DNA from: an uncultured Gemmatimonadales bacterium
Lineage (GTDB): Bacteria; Gemmatimonadota; Gemmatimonadetes; Longimicrobiales; Longimicrobiaceae
Direction: 5' to 3'
Length of the DNA: 64,000 bases
Assembly (NCBI GenBank): GCA_963716255.1
Contig: OY970303.1
Span: 7,808,001 to 7,872,000 of the forward strand
Positions 37,737 to 45,416 of this stretch are shown piece after piece (position 1 is the stretch's first letter; the number at the start of each line of letters is the position of its first letter). The notes beneath the pieces are model-generated. The model saw only the letters and a program-made list of their open reading frames with translations. It was not told where the DNA came from and did not search any database. Made by a program: the position numbers and the translations under genes.

Positions 37737-37867
37737 CGGAGGGAGACTCGCCGGCGGTTTGGCGAGGCTCACTCCGGCGCAGGGAGACACCGGGGCTGTT
37801 TCCGGTGTCTCCCGGAGCCCGCGGAGGAGACCGGCGGGGCCGTTTCCGCCGGGCTCCGCAGCGGCCC
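37737..37867 (-). repeat. Triple-hairpin repeat family C, copy 2
   Basis: Reverse-complement homologue of 31499-31626 with a different first stem. Confidence 0.75.
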
Positions 37868-37891
37868 GCTACGACACGAAGATTCCAGCCA

Positions 37892-39166
37892 TCACGCGGC
37901 CCGGAGCCAGTGCCCCAGCTCGCGCAGAGACGGCTTCTTGCCGGTACTGAGAATCCCGATGCGGTAGATCTTCCCCGCGACCCACGCCACGACGACGACC
38001 GCCACGAGCGTCCCCAGCAGCGACACCCCGATCTGCCAGGCGGGCACGGCGGAGGCGGCCATGCGCATGGGCATGGTGACCGGAGCGGTGAAGGGGATCA
38101 TCCCCAGCGCGGTCGCCGTGGTGCCCAGCGGGTCGCTGATGACCTGCCGGAGGAAGACGAGCGGGACGATGAGCGGGAGGAGCACCACCGTCTGGAACTG
38201 CTGCGCCTCCTGCTCGCTGTTGACCGCCGCGCCCACCGCCGCGAAGAGCGCGGCGTAGAGCAGGTAGCCCAGGAGGAAGAAGGCGACCGCGGAGGCCAGC
38301 ATCCACGGGTCCACCTGGAGGCTGGACAGGGCGTCGGCGCGGAGCCCCAGCCGCCCGGCGATCAGCTCCGAGCGGGTGGCCCCCAGGGCGCCCAGGAGCC
38401 CCCAGATGGACACCTGGAGGACGGCGACGGCGCCCACGCCCAGGATCTTGCCGGCCATGAGGTGGGTGGCCTTCATGGAGCTGACGATCACCTCCACGAT
38501 GCGGTTGGTCTTTTCCTCCAGCACGCTGCGCATGACGTTCATGCCGTACAGGAGCACCAGCACGTACACCATCATCCCCAGGATGTAGCCCAGGAAGAAG
38601 GTGGACTTTGCGCTCTCGGCGGTCTCGCCCTGGTCGGTGACGCGCAGCGTGTGGACGTCCACCGGGCGCAGCAGCGTGGCCACCTCCACCACGTCCAGCC
38701 CCTGCGCGCGCATGCGCGCCGCCTGCACCGCCTGCGACACGGCCACGCGGACGTCGCTCTCCACCTCGAAGTTGGACAGGTTGCGCGCCCGGAACTCGAT
38801 CTCGTTGCCCTGCACCACCCCGGCGGGGAGGTACAGGTAGCCGTCGATCTCCTCGGCGCGCACGCGGCGGTTCAGCTCCTCGCGCACGGAGGCCAGCGGC
38901 CCGGGGACGCGCTCCAGCCGGTAGGTGTAGGCGTCCCCGGCGGCGGCGGCGGGGGGGCGCGACAGGGTCTGCACCACGTAGTCGGCGATCCCCGGGGGCG
39001 CTTCGTCCACCACCACCAGCGAGCGCTCCCCGCCGGTGCTCATGAGCGCGGGGAGCAGGGTGAGCCCGCCCATGAACAGGGGGAGGAGGAGCGTGGTGAG
39101 CAGGAAGCCGCGGGTGCGCACCCGCTCCATGAACTCGCGCTTGAGGACGACGAGGATCTCAGACAT
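37892..39166 (-). CDS. ABC-2 exporter permease (NatB/YhaP-like)
   Basis: REFMERVRTRGF, EEKTNRIVEVIVSS, GKILG, GYLLYAALFAAVGA. Confidence 0.9.
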   Translation of the reverse strand: MSEILVVLKREFMERVRTRGFLLTTLLLPLFMGGLTLLPALMSTGGERSLVVVDEAPPGIADYVVQTLSRPPAAAAGDAYTYRLERVPGPLASVREELNRRVRAEEIDGYLYLPAGVVQGNEIEFRARNLSNFEVESDVRVAVSQAVQAARMRAQGLDVVEVATLLRPVDVHTLRVTDQGETAESAKSTFFLGYILGMMVYVLVLLYGMNVMRSVLEEKTNRIVEVIVSSMKATHLMAGKILGVGAVAVLQVSIWGLLGALGATRSELIAGRLGLRADALSSLQVDPWMLASAVAFFLLGYLLYAALFAAVGAAVNSEQEAQQFQTVVLLPLIVPLVFLRQVISDPLGTTATALGMIPFTAPVTMPMRMAASAVPAWQIGVSLLGTLVAVVVVAWVAGKIYRIGILSTGKKPSLRELGHWLRAA

Positions 39167-40115
39167 GCGCGGGCTCCGGCCGGCGGTGCGGGGTGGCGGC
39201 GTCGCCCACGCGGGCGACGAAGATCTCGTGGAGCGAGGGCTCCACCCGCTCGAAGCGGACCAGCGGGGCGTCCAGCGCGGCGAGCGCCGCGAGGAGCTGC
39301 CGCGAGTCGGCGCCGGGCTTCAGCTCCACCTCCCACCCCTCGCCGGCGCGCGTGATCGCGCCGAAGCGCAGGTCGCGGCCCAGCGCCTCGCCGACCGCCG
39401 CGGAAGGCTCGTCGAAGGCGAAGGCGTAGCGGTTGGTGCGGTTGGCGCGCTTGACCTCGCGCAATCCGCCGTCCAGCACCTTGCGGCCCTGCGCGATGAT
39501 GCACACGTCGTCGCACAGCTCCTCGGCCTGCGCCATGTTGTGCGTGCTGAAGATGACCGTCCTGCCGCGCTGGCGGGTCTCCAGGATGGTGTCGCGCAGG
39601 ACCTCCTGGTTCACCGGGTCCAGCCCGGAGGCCGGCTCGTCCAGGATTAGGAGGTCGGGGTCGTGGACCACCGTGGTGACGAACTGCACCTTCTGCTGCA
39701 TCCCCTTGGAGAGGGTTTCCACCCGTGCCCCGCGCCACTCGCCCAGCCCCATCTTCTCGATCCAGCGCTCCCCCTCGCGCCGCGCCGTGGCGGCGGGGAC
39801 GCCCTTGAGCTGCGCGAAGAACACCACCACGTCGATCACCTTCATCTTCTTGTAGAGCCCGCGCTCCTCGGGGAGGTAGCCCACGCGGCGGAGCACGTCG
39901 CGGTCGCGCTCGGGGTCGCTCCCCAGCAGCGACACGCGCCCGCTGTCCCGGACGATGATGTTCATCACCATGCGGATGGTGGTGGACTTGCCGGCGCCGT
40001 TGGGGCCCAGGATGCCGTAGATGGTGCCGGCGGGGACGGCCAGGCTGAGGTCGTCCACGGCGGTGTGGCCGGCGTACCGCTTGGAAAGGTTCTCGACGAG
40101 AAGGGCGTGGGTCAT
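39159..40115 (-). CDS. ABC exporter ATP-binding protein (YhaQ-like)
   Basis: GPNGAGKST, LSKGMQQ, ILDEP, STH. Confidence 0.93.
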   Translation of the reverse strand: MTHALLVENLSKRYAGHTAVDDLSLAVPAGTIYGILGPNGAGKSTTIRMVMNIIVRDSGRVSLLGSDPERDRDVLRRVGYLPEERGLYKKMKVIDVVVFFAQLKGVPAATARREGERWIEKMGLGEWRGARVETLSKGMQQKVQFVTTVVHDPDLLILDEPASGLDPVNQEVLRDTILETRQRGRTVIFSTHNMAQAEELCDDVCIIAQGRKVLDGGLREVKRANRTNRYAFAFDEPSAAVGEALGRDLRFGAITRAGEGWEVELKPGADSRQLLAALAALDAPLVRFERVEPSLHEIFVARVGDAATPHRRPEPAHV

Positions 40116-40156
40116 GCGGCGGCGCGTTGGGGTGGGACGCTGAGATCGTGAAAGTT

Positions 40157-40194
40157 AAGCGAAAGCGAAAGGGGCCGCCACGGATGGCGGCCCC
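40157..40194 (-). terminator. Terminator-like hairpin just upstream of the ABC operon
   Basis: Minus strand GGGGCCGCCA-TCCG-TGGCGGCCCC followed by TTTCGCTTTCGCTT. Confidence 0.55.
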
Positions 40195-40452
40195 CGCGCG
40201 TCGCCGGCCACGGACGACGCGCGCCGCCCTCCCGGGTGGGGAGGACGGCGCGCGCGGAGAGCGGAGGGTGGCGCGAGCCTCTCAGCCGTGCCTGCGCTGC
40301 TTGGCCACAGGGGTAGCGTCGGCGTTCTCGAGACTGCGCTCCGCACGGAGGATCGCACCCGCGCGCGCCGCCGCCAACGCCGCGGGTGCGAACGGCGCCG
40401 ACGCGGGCCGGGACGCACGGGACGGGGACGAACCGCCGACGCAGCGCGGAGC

Positions 40453-40582
40453 CGCGTGAGGGATTTCGGCCCGGAGGGGCGAGACCGCGCGGCTGTTTGC
40501 GCGGGCTCGACTCCGTAGCAGACGGTAGTTTCGTCTGCTACGGAGCCGAAGCCCGACCCCGGCGCCAGCCGGGGGCACGCCC
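40453..40582 (-). ncRNA. Structured repeat family A, copy 6
   Basis: Variable stems GCAGACG-AAACTAC-CGTCTGC and CGCGC-AAACAGCC-GCGCG. Confidence 0.6.
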
Positions 40583-40669
40583 GAACCCTGTCGTAGAAGC
40601 CGTCCACAGCCGTTGCCGTTTCCCCGGCCACCCCGTAGCTTGCTCGCGCACCATCCACCGGAGAGCCCC

Positions 40670-41308
40670 GTGAGCGACTTCCCGAACCTGACCGTCATCG
40701 ACCACCCGCTGGTGCAGCACAAGCTTACCGTGCTGCGCCGCAAGGACACGTCCAAGAAGAAGTTCAAGGAGCTGGTGGACGAGATCGCCATGCTCATGGC
40801 GTACGAGGTCACGCGCGACCTGCCGGTGGCCCCGGTGGAGGTGGAGACCCCGCTGGAAACGACCACGCAGATGCGGCTCAGCGGCAAGAAGCTGACGCTG
40901 GTGCCCATCCTGCGCGCCGGCCTGGGGATGGTGGACGGGGTGCTGCGGCTGATGCCCTCGGTGCGGGTGGGGCACATCGGCCTGTACCGCGACCACGACA
41001 CGCTCCAGCCGGTGGACTACTACTTCAAGATCCCGCCGGAGCCGGAGGCGCGCGACTTCATCGTCCTTGACCCCATGCTCGCCACCGGCGGCTCGGCGGC
41101 GGCGGCGGTGTCGTCGCTGAAGCGCTCCGGGGCGACGCGGGTGCGCTTCATGTGCCTGGTGGCGGCGCCGGAAGGGGTGCGGCGGATGCAGCAGGACCAC
41201 CCGGACGTGCAGGTGTACGCGGCGGCGCTGGACCGCGAGCTGGACTCCAACGGCTACATCCGGCCGGGGCTGGGGGACGCGGGGGACCGGCTGTTCGGCA
41301 CCAAGTAA
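40670..41308 (+). CDS. upp: Uracil phosphoribosyltransferase
   Basis: [40 protein letters not shown] start. Confidence 0.96.
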   Translation: MSDFPNLTVIDHPLVQHKLTVLRRKDTSKKKFKELVDEIAMLMAYEVTRDLPVAPVEVETPLETTTQMRLSGKKLTLVPILRAGLGMVDGVLRLMPSVRVGHIGLYRDHDTLQPVDYYFKIPPEPEARDFIVLDPMLATGGSAAAAVSSLKRSGATRVRFMCLVAAPEGVRRMQQDHPDVQVYAAALDRELDSNGYIRPGLGDAGDRLFGTK

Positions 41309-41343
41309 AGGGTTTTACGGCAACGGCTCCGGGCGGCGGGCTC

Positions 41344-41473
41344 GGGCGTGTCCCCGGCTGGCGCCGGGGTCGGGCTTCGGCTCCGTAACGCACGATACAA
41401 CTGTGCGTAACGGAGTCGAGCCCGCGCAAACAGCCGCGCGGTCTCGCCCCATCGGGCCGTAATCCCTCACGCG
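41344..41473 (+). ncRNA. Structured repeat family A, copy 7
   Basis: Variable stems ACGCACG-ATACAAC-TGTGCGT (one G-T pair) and CGCGC-AAACAGCC-GCGCG. Confidence 0.6.
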
Positions 41474-41481
41474 ACGGCAGG

Positions 41482-41519
41482 CCCCCTCCCCCCGACCCCT
41501 CCCCCGCAAGCGGGAGAAC
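41482..41519 (+). repeat. REP-like family B unit a
   Basis: CCCCCTCCCCCCGACCCCTCCCCCGCAAGCGGGAGAAC; follows copy 7 through the same ACGGCAGG linker as at copy 1. Confidence 0.65.
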
Positions 41520-41609
41520 GGCGCCCCCACCGGAGATTCCGGCGGGGGCGCCGTGCTTTTGCAGTCTGCGGCGCTTCACGCTTCGCGTGAACCGGTAAGC
41601 CCTGTTCCC
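41517..41609 (-). repeat. 3'-end repeat family D, copy 2
   Basis: Reverse-complement homologue of 37605-37705, just after the stop at 41616. Confidence 0.7.
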
Positions 41610-41615
41610 CGTCCC

Positions 41616-43676
41616 CTACCTCGGAAACGCCTCCCGCACCCCGCCGTCCACGGGCAGCATGCACCCCGTCGTGCGCGAGGAGCGGTCCCCGGCGAGGAAG
41701 AGCACCGCCTCGGCGACGTCCTCGGCGCGGACCTCCACGTCCAGCAGGGTGCGGGCGCGGTAGAAGCCGCCCAGGGCTTCCGGGGCGATCCCGTGGGCGC
41801 GGGCGCGCTCGGGGCCGATCTCCGCCCACAGGCCCGAGCCCTCGAAGATGGCGTCGGGGTTCACCAGGTTGGCGCGCACGCCGATGGGGCCGCCCTCGAT
41901 GGCGGCGACGCGCGCGAGCTGGGCCTCGGCGGCCTTGGAGGCGCTGTAGGCGGCGAAGTCCTTGCCCGGCGCGGTGACGTTCTTGGTGGCGACGAACACC
42001 AGGCTGCCGCCCGTGCCCTGGCGCCGCATCATGCGGAGCGCGGCGCGGGTCACCAGGAAGTGGCCGGTGGCGTTCACCGCCAGGCTCCGCTCCCAGTCGG
42101 CGAGCTCCAGCGCCTCGATGGGCGCGCAGTGGGCGATCCCGGCGTTGGACACCACCACGTCCACCCCGCCGAACTCCAGGGCGGCGCGCTCCAGCACCGC
42201 GTCCAAGTCGCGCTCGCGCGTCACGTCCAGCGGCAGGGCGAGCGCGGCGCCCGCGCCCTCCCGCTCCACGATCTCCGCGGCGAGCGATTCCACCGCGGCG
42301 CTCCCCAGGTCGGTGGCCACCACCAGCGCGCCCGCGGCGGCAAGGCGCAGCGCGGCCGCCCGCCCCAGGGCGCCGGCGGCGCCCGTCACCAGCGCCACGC
42401 GGCCGGCCAGCTCGCGCTCCGGCGGGGCGAGCGTCAGCTTGAACAGCTCCAGCGGCCAGTACTCGGCGCGGAAGCCGTCGCCCTCGGCCAGGGAGCGGTA
42501 GCCGCCCAGCGCCTCGGCCCCGGCCATGATCCCCACCGTGTGCAGGTAGATGTCGCGGGCCAGCGCCGCGGCGCGCGGGGTGGGGCCCACCGTCCACATC
42601 CCCACGCCGGGAACCAGGACCACCCGGGGCGCGGGCTCCAGCGCCGGCTCGCCGGTCCGCCAGCGCTCCACGTACGCCAGGTAGTCGGCGCGCCACCGCT
42701 CCAGCGCCTCGCGGAAGCGGCCGGCCAGCCCCCCGGCGTCGGCGGGGTCGTCCACGTCCACCCAGAGCGGGAGCCGCTTGGTGGTGAGGATGTGGTCCGG
42801 CGTGGCCGCCCCCGCGGCGGACGCCTCCCGGGCGCGCGGCGAGCCCACGAACTCCAGCACCTCGGGCGCGTCCGTGTAGCGCGCGACGACGCGCCGCTTC
42901 CCGCCGAGCGCCCCGCGGATCACCGGCGCCAGCACGGCGGCCGCGCGACGACGCTCCCCGTCGTCCAGGCGCAGCCGCGCGTCCGCGACGAACACCGGCT
43001 CCGCCGAGCGCGCCGCGACGAAGTCGCGCGCCCGCGCGACCAGCTCCAGGTGGCGCGCGTACGCCTCCTCCGGGGTGTCGCCCCAGGTGACCAGACCATG
43101 GTTGAGGAGCACCAGCCCGGGGGCGTCGGGGCGGGCGCGCACCGCCTCGCCCACCTCGCGCGAAAGGAGGAAGCCGGGGCGGCGGTAGGGGACGCGGAGC
43201 ACGGAGGCGCCCAGGGCCTCGTCCAGCACCCGCTCCGGGTCGGGGGTGTTCACCAGCGCCAGCAGGGCGTCGGCGTGCGAGTGGAAGACGCTGGCCGCTG
43301 GGACGAAGGCGTGCAGCAGCGTCTCGATGGAGGGACGCGGCGAGGCGGGATCCGTGAGGCAGCGCGCCAGGTACGCGACCATCTCCTCGTCGCTCATGTC
43401 TGCGCGCTCGAAGAGCGGCAGCACGTCGTCCAGCCGCACCCCCGCGAAGTCGCCCGGGCGGATGGACGCGAGGTCGGAGCCGCTCCCCTTCACCCGCAGC
43501 ACGCGCAGGGGGCGCCCCAGCACGTCGGTCTCGTGGGTCTTGAGCGAGGTGTTGCCGCCGCCGCGCAGCACCAGCGACGGGTCCGCGCCCACCCGGCGCG
43601 AGTAGCGGACGAGGGCGTCCAGCGGCTCCTCCGCGGCGGCGGGAGCGGCGGCGGGGCGGTCGACGATGGAAGACAT
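41616..43676 (-). CDS. Bifunctional class II aldolase / short-chain dehydrogenase (RhaEW-like fusion)
   Basis: GGGNTS, KGSG, PSIETLLH, HSH, NHG, TPDH; C-terminal TGAAGALG, NAG, YSASK, VNPD, VDGG. Confidence 0.88.
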   Translation of the reverse strand: MSSIVDRPAAAPAAAEEPLDALVRYSRRVGADPSLVLRGGGNTSLKTHETDVLGRPLRVLRVKGSGSDLASIRPGDFAGVRLDDVLPLFERADMSDEEMVAYLARCLTDPASPRPSIETLLHAFVPAASVFHSHADALLALVNTPDPERVLDEALGASVLRVPYRRPGFLLSREVGEAVRARPDAPGLVLLNHGLVTWGDTPEEAYARHLELVARARDFVAARSAEPVFVADARLRLDDGERRRAAAVLAPVIRGALGGKRRVVARYTDAPEVLEFVGSPRAREASAAGAATPDHILTTKRLPLWVDVDDPADAGGLAGRFREALERWRADYLAYVERWRTGEPALEPAPRVVLVPGVGMWTVGPTPRAAALARDIYLHTVGIMAGAEALGGYRSLAEGDGFRAEYWPLELFKLTLAPPERELAGRVALVTGAAGALGRAAALRLAAAGALVVATDLGSAAVESLAAEIVEREGAGAALALPLDVTRERDLDAVLERAALEFGGVDVVVSNAGIAHCAPIEALELADWERSLAVNATGHFLVTRAALRMMRRQGTGGSLVFVATKNVTAPGKDFAAYSASKAAEAQLARVAAIEGGPIGVRANLVNPDAIFEGSGLWAEIGPERARAHGIAPEALGGFYRARTLLDVEVRAEDVAEAVLFLAGDRSSRTTGCMLPVDGGVREAFPR

Positions 43677-43696
43677 GGCGTGGGGGACGGGAGCGG

Positions 43697-44779
43697 TCAG
43701 ACGGCCGCCGGACGCGCGGCGGCGGGAAAGCACGACGCCGGGAGCCCGCCCGGGGCGAACACGCCCTGCTCGGTGACGAAGCCGGTGACGAAGCGCGCGG
43801 GGGTCATGTCGAACGCCGGGTTGCGCGCGGGGGAGCCGGGCGAGGTCACCCGCACGCGCCGCTGCGTCCCGGCCTCGTCGGGGCCGGTCTGGTAGTGCAC
43901 CTCGTCGGCGGAGCGCTCCTCGATGGGAACGGCGGCGCCGTCGGCGGCGGCGGGGTCGAAGGTGGAGGGCGGCGCGGCCACGTAGAAGGGGACGCCGAAC
44001 TCGCGCGCGCAGACGGCCTTCGCGAGCGTCCCCACCTTGTTGACCACGTCGCCGTTGGCGGCCACGCGGTCGGCGCCCACGATCACCAGGTCCACCTCGC
44101 CGCGGCTCATCAGGAAAGCGGCGGCGTTGTCGGCGATCACCGCGTGCGGCACCCCCTCGCCGGCCAGCTCCCACGCCGTCAGGCGCGCGCCCTGCGCGCG
44201 CGGCCGGGTCTCGTCCACCCACACGTGCGGCTGTCTGCCGGCGGTGGCGGCGGCGTACACGGGGGCGAGCGCGGTGCCGTGGTCCACGGTGGCCAGCCAC
44301 CCCGCGTTGCAGTGGGTGAGCACGCGCGCGCCGTGCCCCAGCAGCGCCGCGCCGTGCTCGCCGATGCGGCGGCAGCACGCCACGCTCTCCTCCGCGAGCG
44401 CCCGAGCGGCTTCTTCGGCGGCCTCGGCCGCGGCGGAGGCGTGCGGGGCGGCTTCGGCGGCGGCCCACACGCGCTCGGTGGCGTGGAACAGGTCGCGGGC
44501 GGTGGGGCGGGTGCCCTCGATGAGCGCGCGCGCGGCGCGGGCGTGCGGCCACGGGTCGCCGGGGGCGGCCTCCAGGAAGGCCTGCGCCAGGGCGAACGCC
44601 GCCGCCGCGCCGATGGCGGGCGCGCCCCGCACCGTCATCCGGCGGATCGCCTCGGCGGTCGCGCGGTGGTCGGGGCAGTCCTCCACGGCGAAGTCGAAGG
44701 GGAGCCGGTTCTGGTCGATCATCCGGACCGTGGCGCCGTCCATCCAGACGGTGCGGTACGGCGTGCCTTGGACGCGCAT
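43697..44779 (-). CDS. mtnA: S-methyl-5-thioribose-1-phosphate isomerase
   Basis: DQNRLP, VRGAPAIG, RPTA, THCNAG, ETRPRAQG, GADR, NKVGT, NPAFD. Confidence 0.93.
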   Translation of the reverse strand: MRVQGTPYRTVWMDGATVRMIDQNRLPFDFAVEDCPDHRATAEAIRRMTVRGAPAIGAAAAFALAQAFLEAAPGDPWPHARAARALIEGTRPTARDLFHATERVWAAAEAAPHASAAAEAAEEAARALAEESVACCRRIGEHGAALLGHGARVLTHCNAGWLATVDHGTALAPVYAAATAGRQPHVWVDETRPRAQGARLTAWELAGEGVPHAVIADNAAAFLMSRGEVDLVIVGADRVAANGDVVNKVGTLAKAVCAREFGVPFYVAAPPSTFDPAAADGAAVPIEERSADEVHYQTGPDEAGTQRRVRVTSPGSPARNPAFDMTPARFVTGFVTEQGVFAPGGLPASCFPAAARPAAV

Positions 44780-44923
44780 CGGGCTTCGGTGCGGGGGGGG
44801 CGGGGTCGTGGGGATGCGTGACCGGCCGCGGGTCGCGCAAGCCGTGTCGGCAAAGGTAAGGGAGCGCGCCCGGGCCGTCCAGCGGAGGCGGGCGGAGAGA
44901 AGGCGGGCGGAGCGGCGCTCCGG

Positions 44924-44952
44924 TTGAACTCGGGGGAGGGAAGGCGTATCTT
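44924..44952 (+). promoter_or_regulatory. Sigma70 promoter for the tRNA
   Basis: TTGAAC-N17-TATCTT. Confidence 0.55.
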
Positions 44953-44991
44953 GTCTGGCCCGCCGCATTCCGGGAACGGTCGGCGGGGAGC

Positions 44992-45065
44992 GGGCCTGTA
45001 GCTCAGCTGGTCAGAGCACCGGACTCATAATCCGAGGGTCGTGGGTTCAAGTCCCACCGGGCCCA
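44992..45065 (+). tRNA. tRNA with CAT anticodon, probably tRNA-Ile2 (lysidine) rather than Met
   Basis: Acceptor GGGCCTG/CGGGCCC-A, D arm GCTC/GAGC, loop CTCATAA, T arm GTGGG-TTCAAGT-CCCAC; C4-G69 and C5-G68; CCA not encoded. Confidence 0.92.
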
Positions 45066-45067
45066 TG

Positions 45068-45107
45068 AAAGCAGCGCCGGGAGTTGACTAGCTCCTGGCG
45101 CTGTTTT
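45068..45107 (+). terminator. tRNA terminator
   Basis: CAGCGCCGGGAG/CTCCTGGCGCTG stem followed by TTTT. Confidence 0.8.
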
Positions 45108-45416
45108 CCGTTGTGGTCCCCTGGCAGTGCCGATTCTTGAGTTTCGTAATAGGCTCAGCAGGTGCACCGACCGGTCATTATGCGACTGGGACGCACCATT
45201 CTGGCGCGTGCAAGGGTGCCGCAATATGTTTGCTGTGTCAGTCCACCTTTCCCTCTGCGTGGATCGATGGGCCAGTACTCCCTTTCCATCGTGTCGTGCG
45301 TGATCGGTTGGTGGGCCGGCTGCGGAAATGTTTGCTGGGTAAATGCTCGGCTGGGTGCCAGGCGGTTGGCGCCCATCTTATGCTAGTGCCGTGAGCCCGC
45401 CACTATTAATAAGTCA

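Noticed and set aside
10513..41473. Family A or C as a CRISPR array
   Set aside because: Copies are dispersed, the variable parts are short self-complementary stems rather than spacers, and no cas genes are present.
41616..43676. Calling the fusion a rhamnose catabolism gene (rhaD)
   Set aside because: No rhamnose isomerase, kinase or transporter nearby; its context is mtnA.
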